From the NCBI GenBank assembly GCA_965369615.1, contig CBDUQV010000001.1:1-33322 (forward strand): a DNA stretch of 33,322 nucleotides. Direction: 5' to 3'. The notes beneath the pieces are model-generated. The model did not search any database. It saw only the letters and a list, made by a program, of their open reading frames with translations, and was not told the origin of the DNA. Shown here one piece after another: positions 8,701 through 16,181 of the stretch; positions within the stretch are counted from its first letter, which is position 1; every line of letters begins with the position of its first letter. Both the position numbers and the translations under genes were made by a program. This stretch comes from an uncultured bacterium. Its GTDB lineage: Bacteria; Hydrothermota; E44-bin80.

Positions 8701-9263
8701 ACAGAAAGGGAAAGGAATTAGCTGAACAGATACGGCATCCACTGGGTTTTCTTGAAGCAACACGGCTTCTCGGCATGGACTACTACTACATGGATAATCC
8801 GGAGGATGCTCTTGTCCATCTCAACACGGTCAAGGAAAAAGCAGAGAAAATGAAACAACCAAAATACTACGCGTACTCTGTAGCTCTCCTGGGACTTTTT
8901 AACAAAAACATGAACAGATCAAGAACTATGGAAGGATTGAAAAAGGCTCTTGACCTATCAAGGGAAATGAAGGATGTTGATATGGCAATCAACCTGTTCA
9001 GGGAAGCTGCTCGCTCATCCATCAAAGATAAGGATTATCAAGCAGGACTCCAGAATGCCACCACGATCCAGAACCTCTCGGGTCAATTGGGTTATTTACG
9101 AGAACAGGCATGGGGAACCTACCTTGTTGCTTACTGCAACAAAGCATTGGACAACAAGGAGTGGCAAGAACAGATGGAAAAGGCACAGTCGCTTGCTCAA
9201 GAGATAGAGGATAGCTATCTTTGCTCCTTGATCTCTGAATTTAACGAAACCAATCAGGAGTAA
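5745..9263 (+). CDS. class III adenylate/guanylate cyclase fused to a P-loop (AAA/STAND-like) NTPase and a long TPR array
   Basis: 1172 aa, GGAGG SD. Cyclase motifs RRTVTILFADLTGFT, IDKFMGDAILVVFG and FTIMGDNVNLASRLE. Walker A GESGTGKT at 6639-6662. Walker-B-like LCLKFEDLQWAD. The C-terminal half is TPR-like. Confidence 0.9.
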   Translation: MARDNDNNLIDIISKVVSKYYEPKETEPVLKAQQQILYLKNFIEALGRYLPHRLVKKVSIEPEKIKVDGERRTVTILFADLTGFTTMSETMDPEDVVQVVNEYFTRMLNVVFKYGGAIDKFMGDAILVVFGALETHEDDAIRATLAGIEMQKEMEIFNKDGALPFPLSMSIGINTGPVVAVNVGTLERMEFTIMGDNVNLASRLEGVAKPGQVIVSQSTYQKIKNHIKVKKLPSVKVKGKKKPVLIYLAEKPAIQKRAQRAIAFKAKTKFIGRENELNTLKKAIEAAHAGERKVVSIIGESGTGKTRLLEESDSPLAAAGFTVLRGDAYSYTSDIAYFSFKQILTQLFGIWEKDSDDEKKLKITSFLSNKGLGEMELLIIPALLDIETEQTMGIPPEMKKKYIFESVRNLFSMLSQSPLCLKFEDLQWADKLSIELILFLSYEIMKGNFLLLCTFRPEFAFPLIGEDFALTIHLENFEKEFTAQYLKEIFQEREPSQEITELVFMHSKGNPLYIEALAKNLVKRRLLKRKEVRIELRKSPDQIRVPDTINSIVMERVDRMEEMDQRLLRMASIVGQVFTREDLAYLLQKDTDDIAGNLERLEHFEGEIASIKDGDNPTYRFNTPTMREVIYDSMLRKTRAELHKRYGDWILQRNRENQQPVLEILAYHFVNGGDVENGIMFSKLSGEKARIYFANEAGIKFFNDAMRLLKKTEMTGEKEKVKLEIFRRQGYFLMMLGDTKNALLNQKRSLRLANKLGQNKDKIMSLMNIGMLYDKMGVPQKPIKYYKRARKAAKSIGLLPLVAMTENNMGIYYKKTGQFDKALASFANSLDINRTIKNPIEEAVAIMNTGEVHKLLGSPDKALENYETAMKMFKKLNAKDRLPVLHFAISTTHLMKGDFEKARSHADEALNLAREVGDMKTEKDSLGTLGIIVFRMNQPVKAIELYNQSLAMAEKMHDLEHQMTLFINIGEVFHNVGDFENAVEYHRKGKELAEQIRHPLGFLEATRLLGMDYYYMDNPEDALVHLNTVKEKAEKMKQPKYYAYSVALLGLFNKNMNRSRTMEGLKKALDLSREMKDVDMAINLFREAARSSIKDKDYQAGLQNATTIQNLSGQLGYLREQAWGTYLVAYCNKALDNKEWQEQMEKAQSLAQEIEDSYLCSLISEFNETNQE

Positions 9264-9306
9264 ATACAAGGAAAAATAAAACAGCTGCAAAAACCCTGGA
9301 GGAAAA

Positions 9307-10158
9307 ATGACGATCTTTATTCAGTTTTTATCTAAGTTACTGCTTCTGCCCTATCTCGTTATGTCACCGCTTTTTCTAACAACTTCAACTATTGATTTTG
9401 GTTTTGAAAAGTCGATTGGCCTCATTGAAGTCAGAGGAATAATAAACGAGGAAGTTCGGAAGGAAACGGTGAAAAATCTTTCAAAATTCAGGAGAACCAG
9501 AAACATCCGCGCCATTGTCCTTCGCATTGAGAGTCCTGGAGGTGGGGTTTCAGCTTCCCAGGAAATTTACAATGAAATAAAGAGGATACGAAACGCGGGA
9601 AAACCGATCTATGCTTCAATGGGAAGCATTGCAGCTTCCGGCGGCTACTATATTGCCGTTCCCTGCGACAAAATCTTTGCCAATCCCGGTACAGCAACAG
9701 GCTCAATTGGTGTCATAATGGAAATTCCTCATGTGGAGAACTTACTTAAAAAAGTCGGTATTTACTTTATGGTCATCAAGTCAGAGGAACACAAGGATAT
9801 TGGCTCGCCATTCAGAGAAATGTCAAAAAAGGAAGAGGAGCTTCTCAAGGGTGTCATTGATGATATCTATCAACAGTTTATTGATGCAATCGTACAGAAC
9901 CGTGGATTGGAAAAAGAGGAAGTTCTCAAAATTGCCGATGGAAGAATCTTGACCGGCAGGCAGGCAGTTGAAGTGGGACTTGTTGATGAACTGGGAGACC
10001 TGCAGGATGCAATCAGTGCAGCGGTAGAAGCTGCTGGGATAAAAGGCAGACCAAAAATTACCAGGCCCAAGAAGAAAAAACCGACACTCATGGAACTTCT
10101 CGGGATATCATCTTTTCTCCAGGAGTATGTTACAACGATAAGGCTACAATATCGTTAA
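9307..10158 (+). CDS. sppA: signal peptide peptidase SppA, 36K type (S49 family)
   Basis: 283 aa with an N-terminal TM segment. Motifs IESPGGGVSASQEIYNEI and the Ser-nucleophile region GSIAASGGYYIA. GGAGG SD lies 43 nt after the upstream gene. Confidence 0.85.
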   Translation: MTIFIQFLSKLLLLPYLVMSPLFLTTSTIDFGFEKSIGLIEVRGIINEEVRKETVKNLSKFRRTRNIRAIVLRIESPGGGVSASQEIYNEIKRIRNAGKPIYASMGSIAASGGYYIAVPCDKIFANPGTATGSIGVIMEIPHVENLLKKVGIYFMVIKSEEHKDIGSPFREMSKKEEELLKGVIDDIYQQFIDAIVQNRGLEKEEVLKIADGRILTGRQAVEVGLVDELGDLQDAISAAVEAAGIKGRPKITRPKKKKPTLMELLGISSFLQEYVTTIRLQYR

Positions 10159-10189
10159 CAACACCAGTTGCTAAGCTGCGTAACGGAAA

Positions 10190-11098
10190 TTGAAAAACAC
10201 AATTTCATTCTTTCTTTTTCTGTCAATAGTGCTTCTCCTGACCGCAAAGTCAGCGGAAGAAAATCCCTCCGTTTCATACATTCTCGTTGATTTCGAGCAA
10301 GGGAGCGTTATCGATAGAAAGGACAACGCAGGGTTTCTTGAACAACCGTTTCCACCAGGTTCCCTTATAAAACTTTTTAGTACTCATGCATACTTAAAAG
10401 ATGGAGGCGATTCTTATAAAGTTCTTCTCTGCCCTGAGACATCAATAGGGTCTTCAATCCCTCCAGGCTGCTGGTACAGACCAGGACACGGATACATGGA
10501 TCTCATTGGGGCAATCGGGAATTCCTGCGATACCTATTTCTCAAAAATCTTTACACTCAAAAGATTCACATTGCTGGTAAATGTTCTCAACCAGTATCAG
10601 TTAATAACAGACAGTGACTTTGAAACCTTATTAGCTCTCTCCAGCTCTCAAAAACGGAAAACCTGGATTGGCATCGGAAAACACTTGCGAATTCGACCAG
10701 TTGACCTTTTCTTCGCCATTTACTCCATAGTTGGTAATGGAAGCATCTATGAGAGAAGTGATTCCTATTTGATATTCGAGAAAAAAATGAAAACAAGCAG
10801 CAATTTTATTCGCGTCATCAGTGAGGGTATGAGAGAAGGAAGCCTGACAGGAACAACAAAAACCGTCCAGGAAATAATTGGTATGGAAAAGGTTTTCTGC
10901 AAAACAGGAACAGCGACCTACTTTTTTATTGAAGAAGATTATCGCAAAACCCACGGATATTTCATCGGGTTCTGTCCGTACCCAGAACCTCAATGGGGAA
11001 TTCTTGTGTTTCTCCTCAACGGTGATGGCAAAGCAGCAGCCAAAATTGGCGCCACTATCCTTAAGAAATACCTGAAAAAAAATGAAATTCGTAATTAG
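10190..11098 (+). CDS. penicillin-binding transpeptidase-domain protein (PBP2-like, catalytic domain only)
   Basis: 302 aa from a TTG start. Good signal peptide (MKNTISFFLFLSIVLLLTAKSAEE). SxxK motif as PPGSLIK, SxD as NSCDTYF, KTG as CKTGTA. Confidence 0.6.
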   Translation: MKNTISFFLFLSIVLLLTAKSAEENPSVSYILVDFEQGSVIDRKDNAGFLEQPFPPGSLIKLFSTHAYLKDGGDSYKVLLCPETSIGSSIPPGCWYRPGHGYMDLIGAIGNSCDTYFSKIFTLKRFTLLVNVLNQYQLITDSDFETLLALSSSQKRKTWIGIGKHLRIRPVDLFFAIYSIVGNGSIYERSDSYLIFEKKMKTSSNFIRVISEGMREGSLTGTTKTVQEIIGMEKVFCKTGTATYFFIEEDYRKTHGYFIGFCPYPEPQWGILVFLLNGDGKAAAKIGATILKKYLKKNEIRN

Positions 11099-11114
11099 GT
11101 AATTGAGTAATTAT
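11091..11114. repeat. three tandem 8-nt units GTAATTAG GTAATTGA GTAATTAT
   Basis: Read directly from the sequence. The tract spans the TAG stop (11096-11098) of the PBP-like gene and the spacer before the SpoIID-like gene. Confidence 0.8.
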
Positions 11115-11131
11115 TTGTTTTATAAGCTGAA

Positions 11132-12193
11132 ATGGTAGCCTCAGGCTCTTGTCTACGTAAAATTTCACTCCTTTTTCTTCTGCTTACTGCTTACTACCTA
11201 TTTCATACTACCTGTCTTCATTCTTTTCCCAATGCAGTCTCAACTGTTGATGTTCGTATCCTTGAAATATTTCATCCCAAAGAACTTACAGTAACTACAT
11301 CGTCAGACACATTTTCCATAGCATTGGTTGGCAATAGTCTTCTTGTGAACAGCGCGAAAAAAACAATGTTCTTCTCAATGAACGAAACCACTATAGCAAT
11401 CAAAGACAAAATAAAAAGAACCTACCGGGGAACAATTAAAATCTACCCGCTCATAACTGAACTGATCATTATCAACAGAGTCTCGATTGAGCATTACTGT
11501 GCAAGCGTTGTAGGTGCAGAAATAGGAACTGTATCTTTTGAGGCACAGAAGGCTCAGGCTATTGTATCACGAACATACCTTTTTGGAAATCTAAAACGCC
11601 ATAATCAGTATGACTTCTGCGATTTAACCCACTGTCAGGTATACAAGGGACAGGAAAGCGAAACAGATATGGCAAAAAATGCTGTCGAAGAAACTGAAGG
11701 AATGTTCATCTGGGATGGAAACACATTAGCAGAAGTATATTATCATTCAACATGCGGAGGAAAAACAGCAAACCCTTCATCAATATTTAAAGAAGCGAAT
11801 GAATCCCTTATCAGTGTTTCTGATTCCAATTACTGCGAAGATTCGCCCCATTACAGGTGGGAATGGAATTTCTCGTATGAAGATGCGCCATTTAAGGAAC
11901 TCCTGGTCTTGAAAAGAGCGCTTGATGGAAGGGTTACTGAAATAAAAGTGAATGGAGTAAGAGAGAACGGGTGGAAATTCAGGATGAGAATCGGACATCA
12001 GTTCGGTTGGAATAAATTGCGCAGTTCGTGGTTTTTTGTTGAGAAAAAGGACACCTGTTTCCTTTTTAAAGGAAAAGGTCTGGGTCATGGGTTAGGAATG
12101 TGTCAGTGGGGCGCAAAGACTATGGCTGCACAGGGTAAAACCTGCGAAGAAATCCTCAAACACTACTTTCCCAAATTAGAAGTTAGACAATAA
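11132..12193 (+). CDS. SpoIID/LytB domain protein (cell-wall lytic or amidase-enhancer type)
   Basis: 353 aa with an N-terminal signal/anchor. Motifs VVGAEIG, EAQKAQAIVSRTY, CDLTHCQVYKG, YYHSTCGGKT and GHGLGMCQWGA, typical of the SpoIID family. Confidence 0.85.
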   Translation: MVASGSCLRKISLLFLLLTAYYLFHTTCLHSFPNAVSTVDVRILEIFHPKELTVTTSSDTFSIALVGNSLLVNSAKKTMFFSMNETTIAIKDKIKRTYRGTIKIYPLITELIIINRVSIEHYCASVVGAEIGTVSFEAQKAQAIVSRTYLFGNLKRHNQYDFCDLTHCQVYKGQESETDMAKNAVEETEGMFIWDGNTLAEVYYHSTCGGKTANPSSIFKEANESLISVSDSNYCEDSPHYRWEWNFSYEDAPFKELLVLKRALDGRVTEIKVNGVRENGWKFRMRIGHQFGWNKLRSSWFFVEKKDTCFLFKGKGLGHGLGMCQWGAKTMAAQGKTCEEILKHYFPKLEVRQ

Positions 12194-12268
12194 GTAACTA
12201 AGAGAATAAAATATCCTTTCCCTCTGATGTTCTACTTACCCAATAACCTAATACTAAATAACTCTCTT

Positions 12269-13621
12269 TCACTTTTTCTGTCCAATTTTTAGTTCCCTCA
12301 TCTTCCGGTGAAGGTTTGTCCTTTCAATACCGAGTTCTTTTGCTGTTTCCGAAACATTCCCGTCATTTTCTCTTAATTTTTCTTCAATATACAGCTTTTC
12401 AAAGCTCTTCTTAGCTTCTTTGAGTGGTTGCTGCAATAAGGAAACTTCCTTTTGTTTGCCTTTTCCCCTCAACAGCGTCTCAACATCTTCAGTGTCAATC
12501 AATTCACCTTCTTTTAATATCAGAAGTCTCTCAACAACATTTCTTAGTTCTCTTATGTTGCCAGGCCAGTCGTAATCCCTCATCGCATCAGCTGCTTTCT
12601 TTGAAAAGTCCTTTTGTCCAATCCCAGACTGGGAAATCAATCTCCTCAGAAAATGATCTATCAGTAAGGGTATGTCTTTCTTTCTCTCCCGTAGTGGCGG
12701 AACCGTTATGGGAAAAACATTCAATCTGAAAAAAAGGTCCTCTCGGAAATTTCCTTGCTTTACCTCTTCTTCGATATCTTTATTCGTTGAAGCAAGTATT
12801 CGTACATCAATACTCAACTGTTTATTGCTTCCGAGAGGTGTTGCTTCACCTGTTTCAATAAGTCGTAGCACTTTCGCCTGAGTTGCAATATTCATATCAC
12901 CTATCTCGTCAAGCAGTATTGTCCCTCCATTTGCGGATGCAAATTTTCCTATCTTCTTCCCTGCAGCACCAGTAAATGCTCCTTTTTCATAGCCGAAGAG
13001 CTCACTTTCAACAAGTTCATCCGGAATTGCAGCACAATTTACCTTAATAAATGGTCCATCTCCCCTCTTGCTCTTCCGATGAATAGCGTACGCTACCAGT
13101 TCCTTTCCCACTCCACTCTCTCCTGTTATAAGCACCTTGCTATCCAACGGGGCAACCTTATCGATTAATGTTCGTATCTCCTTCAGAACAGCGCTTTCTC
13201 CTACCATACGATACCGTTCTTCTATTTCTCTATCCCATGTCTGCTTTTCTTTTCTTATTGAATGCATCTCCAATGCATGCGCAAGAACAATTCTCACCTT
13301 CTCAAGAGAAAGTGGCTTCTTTATGAAATCGTATGCACCTTTCTTTATTGCTTCAACAGCCATCTCAATGGTTGCATGTCCTGATATAATGATTATCTCG
13401 CTTTCAGCGGAGACTTCCTTGATAGTTTCAATAATCGAAATCCCATCAACGTCGGGCAATTTTACATCCAGTATGATGGCATCAAAGAATTCTTTCATAA
13501 CAGCGTCAATGCACCCTTTTCCTGTTCCCGTTGTTATTACCGAATATCCTTCATCAAGCAAAACCTGTTTCAGAATATTTTGAATATTTCTTTCATCATC
13601 TACAACAAGTATCTTCTTCAT
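12269..13621 (-). CDS. sigma54-dependent response regulator (NtrC/NtrX-like: receiver, AAA+, Fis-type HTH)
   Basis: 450 aa. Receiver region KILVVDDE...ILDVKLPDVDG. Walker A GESGVGKE. The sigma54-contact GAFTGA lies in ELFGYEKGAFTGA. C-terminal HTH NVSETAKELGIERTNLHRKMREL. Confidence 0.9.
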   Translation of the reverse strand: MKKILVVDDERNIQNILKQVLLDEGYSVITTGTGKGCIDAVMKEFFDAIILDVKLPDVDGISIIETIKEVSAESEIIIISGHATIEMAVEAIKKGAYDFIKKPLSLEKVRIVLAHALEMHSIRKEKQTWDREIEERYRMVGESAVLKEIRTLIDKVAPLDSKVLITGESGVGKELVAYAIHRKSKRGDGPFIKVNCAAIPDELVESELFGYEKGAFTGAAGKKIGKFASANGGTILLDEIGDMNIATQAKVLRLIETGEATPLGSNKQLSIDVRILASTNKDIEEEVKQGNFREDLFFRLNVFPITVPPLRERKKDIPLLIDHFLRRLISQSGIGQKDFSKKAADAMRDYDWPGNIRELRNVVERLLILKEGELIDTEDVETLLRGKGKQKEVSLLQQPLKEAKKSFEKLYIEEKLRENDGNVSETAKELGIERTNLHRKMRELKIGQKK

Positions 13622-13637
13622 TTCTCGCCTTGTAGGC

Positions 13638-14798
13638 TCACCTCTTCAATGGTAGTGAAATAATGAACTCTGTTCCCTCTCCTTCTCTACTCTTAACTTC
13701 GATTGTCCCGTTGTGCGCTTCGATAATTCTCTTGGAAATTGCCAGTCCTAAACCGCTCCCTTTTTTCTTCGTTGTGAAATGCGGAACAAAAACGAGTGAC
13801 GAATCAACTGATATCCCGGGACCATTGTCTTTCACGGACAATGCCAGACCTGTTCTTTTCATATTAAGATGAGCTTTTATCCATACAGTTCCTTTACCAT
13901 CCATTGCCTCTATGCTATTTTTCACCAGATTAATGAGAACTTCTTTAATCCGTTCCCTGTCGATACATAATCCCGGAAGGTTATCTTCAAGCTCTTCTAT
14001 AATCTCAACTCCCTCATACTGTGAATAGAGAAAAACCACTTCCTTGATCACTGATACAATGTCATCAATCTTTCTTCGGGGCTCTGGAAGTTTCGCAAAT
14101 TCAGAGAAACTTCGTGCAATACCATCAAGATTCTCTATCTCTTCCAGGATCATTCCCGTTGTATCCTTGATTAACGTTTCGATGTTTTCAGCTCCTGCAC
14201 TTGATTTCTCCCGCAACCGCTCTGTGGCAAGTCTTATCGGAGTGAGAGGATTTCTTATTTCATGGGAAACTGCCTTTGCAGCATCCTTCCAGGCTGCTTC
14301 CCGCTCTGCAACTCTTAATCGTTTCTTACTCTCTTCAAGAGCGGCAGACATACTGTTAAAGGTACCAACGAGCCTTCCAACCTCATCTTTTGATCTTACT
14401 CCCTTTATTTGCGGAAAGTCTCCTCTTGCAAGCCCCCCTGCTGCATCCTCGAGCCTTTTGAGTGGCGTTGTAATCCTCACCGTCACCAATACGGTAAGTC
14501 CTGTTGAGAAGAACACAATAAATACGCTCAGGAGGATGGTAAATGTAATGAATTCCCGTTTCAGGGGTCTTTTTAATGCTTCCATCTGTCTGTATTTCCT
14601 GAGTGCAACAATCGCTTCTTCCTTCGCATCTCTGTCAGATGTGTGCAATACAGCATTTTCAATTGCCCTTTCAATTTCTGGAATATTCTTCATACCAAGT
14701 TTGAATTCCGTTGTCCGTAGCATAAACACAGAAAGAGGAACAACTGTTACGATAATGATGGCAAAATTGATAATAATAAATTTAAGCCGAATGCTCAT
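13638..14798 (-). CDS. sensor histidine kinase with two TM segments, HAMP, HisKA and HATPase domains; NtrY-like H-box
   Basis: 386 aa. H-box AVSHEIRNPLTPI, N-box LINLVKNSIEAM, G1 DNGPGI, G2 GSGLGLAISKRI. It sits 16 nt upstream of the response regulator. Confidence 0.9.
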   Translation of the reverse strand: MSIRLKFIIINFAIIIVTVVPLSVFMLRTTEFKLGMKNIPEIERAIENAVLHTSDRDAKEEAIVALRKYRQMEALKRPLKREFITFTILLSVFIVFFSTGLTVLVTVRITTPLKRLEDAAGGLARGDFPQIKGVRSKDEVGRLVGTFNSMSAALEESKKRLRVAEREAAWKDAAKAVSHEIRNPLTPIRLATERLREKSSAGAENIETLIKDTTGMILEEIENLDGIARSFSEFAKLPEPRRKIDDIVSVIKEVVFLYSQYEGVEIIEELEDNLPGLCIDRERIKEVLINLVKNSIEAMDGKGTVWIKAHLNMKRTGLALSVKDNGPGISVDSSLVFVPHFTTKKKGSGLGLAISKRIIEAHNGTIEVKSREGEGTEFIISLPLKR

Positions 14799-14824
14799 TG
14801 TTCTCTAAAATGGTTAGAAATGCG

Positions 14825-14865
14825 GTTTCGTTTCGATCGTTAGATCGTTTAGTCCGTTACGAACG
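14825..14865. repeat. degenerate tandem units of 8-9 nt, each ending in CG
   Basis: GTTTCG TTTCGATCG TTAGATCG TTTAGTCCG TTACGAACG. The tract lies in the 109-nt spacer between the DUF4390-like gene and the kinase gene. Confidence 0.6.
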
Positions 14866-14908
14866 TCATTGTTAACTTTATATTTAAGCATTGTTGCTTT
14901 TTTCGTTA

Positions 14909-15451
14909 TTAGGATTTCGGATTTAGCTTTTTTATTTCTATTGTTTGCTGTGGACTTCTGTAATCCCAGAGCGTCATTAAGTCAAATTTCTCATCGTCAA
15001 GAAAATCGAGCGTTACCACATCGAGGGAAACCCTTATGATCATGTTCCCTGAAGATGGTATCTTTTCAATTGGCACAGGAATATCAGAAAATCGGCTAAC
15101 AATACTTTTCATTTCCTTCTCATTATCTGTTTTCAGCGTATCATTAGTCTCCTCCCGTCCAATGGTATATATCATTGTTTCAATGTCATAATGAACTATA
15201 TGAACAATATGAATCGTTTCATCTGCTTCAATGTGCAGTCTGAATGTTACCGGAATACCACTCTTTATAATCTCAACCAGTTCTTTGGGAAATGCATTTT
15301 CAAGCTTTGTGGAAAAATAGAGTGTCTCTTCACCGATGTAGAAATCAACATTTGATAGCGAAACCGGATGTTCTCCCATGGTAAGCAGAACAATAGATCC
15401 AAGTATGGGCGCAATTGCCTTTGTTGCAAGAAACTGTAAAAGAAAACCCAT
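14909..15451 (-). CDS. hypothetical exported or anchored protein, possibly DUF4390-like
   Basis: 180 aa with an N-terminal hydrophobic anchor. The segment LENAFPKELVEIIKSGIPVTFRLHIE resembles what I recall of DUF4390, a family found immediately upstream of ntrY in Betaproteobacteria. Assignment is from memory of the family, not a search. Confidence 0.4.
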   Translation of the reverse strand: MGFLLQFLATKAIAPILGSIVLLTMGEHPVSLSNVDFYIGEETLYFSTKLENAFPKELVEIIKSGIPVTFRLHIEADETIHIVHIVHYDIETMIYTIGREETNDTLKTDNEKEMKSIVSRFSDIPVPIEKIPSSGNMIIRVSLDVVTLDFLDDEKFDLMTLWDYRSPQQTIEIKKLNPKS

Positions 15452-15453
15452 GC

Positions 15454-16020
15454 TTACTTCACCCTTTGTGAGAGTATTAAGGTAACGATCGAGACGCCAC
15501 TTCCGAGAATCAATCCGGTCCGAACACCCGAAATCATGCCCTGGACAATTGATATTCGAGGACTGAGAAAACTGAAGAAAACATCAACAACAAACAAAAA
15601 TGCAACAAAAATAACAAGACCGGTGAAAAAGATTATGATTGAACGAGTATGAGAAATGCTACTCTTTTTTGAAACCTTTGAAATTGCATAGGTAAGAATT
15701 GAACCAAAGGCAAGAACAAGTATTGAAATGAAGAAATAGAAAAATCTGAACCGGAAGCTCTCCTCTGCCATGTAAAAAATGGACAAGAGTGTAGCAGAAA
15801 TGAGGACGGAGATCATTGAAAATGCAATTCCCCTTTTTATCCATACATACATACTTATGGAAATCAGCGATGCGGTGATGGCGAAGAAATAAGATATCCT
15901 CTCAGTAAATGGACCCATCCCAAACCTCAGGACAAATTCAGTAAAAAGAACAATAACGAACGGAACGATAATAACAACCATCGTTTCAAGCAAAATAGGT
16001 CGATAATTTCTTTGTTCCAT
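15454..16020 (-). CDS. polytopic membrane protein (about 6 TM), unknown family
   Basis: 188 aa, almost entirely hydrophobic helices. The stop lies 2 nt before the next gene start. It is the first gene of the minus-strand operon. Confidence 0.6.
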   Translation of the reverse strand: MEQRNYRPILLETMVVIIVPFVIVLFTEFVLRFGMGPFTERISYFFAITASLISISMYVWIKRGIAFSMISVLISATLLSIFYMAEESFRFRFFYFFISILVLAFGSILTYAISKVSKKSSISHTRSIIIFFTGLVIFVAFLFVVDVFFSFLSPRISIVQGMISGVRTGLILGSGVSIVTLILSQRVK

Positions 16021-16026
16021 TACATA

Positions 16027-16055
16027 AGTATATCAAGAAATCCAAAGCCTGTCAA
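16027..16055 (-). promoter_or_regulatory. consensus sigma70 promoter for the membrane protein / DUF4390-like / kinase / regulator operon
   Basis: Minus strand reads TTGACA (16050-16055), a 17-nt spacer, then TATACT (16027-16032). Only 6 nt (TATGTA) separate the -10 from the ATG at 16020, and there is no SD. Confidence 0.55.
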
Positions 16056-16079
16056 ATATAATTTGAAAGCAAAAAGACA

Positions 16080-16108
16080 TTGACATAAAAGCACTTAAGG
16101 TCTATACT
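16080..16108 (+). promoter_or_regulatory. consensus sigma70 promoter for nrdR
   Basis: TTGACA (16080-16085), a 17-nt spacer, then TATACT (16103-16108). It is divergent from the minus-strand promoter 25 nt away. Confidence 0.55.
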
Positions 16109-16181
16109 GAACAAGTCGAATGGAGTGGCATCAACGAATGAAAGGGACAAAACGAATATATGAGCTGTATGAGTTATAAAC

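Noticed and set aside
5745-9263. Calling the cyclase-NTPase-TPR proteins a Pycsar/CBASS-like or Avs-like antiphage system.
   Set aside because: There is no adjacent cNMP-activated effector, no neighbouring defence genes, and the setting is chromosomal housekeeping. The architecture is a widespread signalling family. I keep only the architectural analogy as a hypothesis.
14044-14808. 254-aa plus-strand ORF. Other long shadow ORFs of the same kind: 13137-13583(+), 17586-18119(-), 28418-28960(-), 32064-32525(-), 31608-32039(-), 6035-6400(-), 8307-8702(-), 1366-1728(-), 4500-4862(-).
   Set aside because: Each lies antisense to, and fully inside, a gene with clear family motifs. Their products are low-complexity, Ser/Ile/Phe-rich strings with no SD. 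These are typical shadow ORFs of AT-rich coding DNA.
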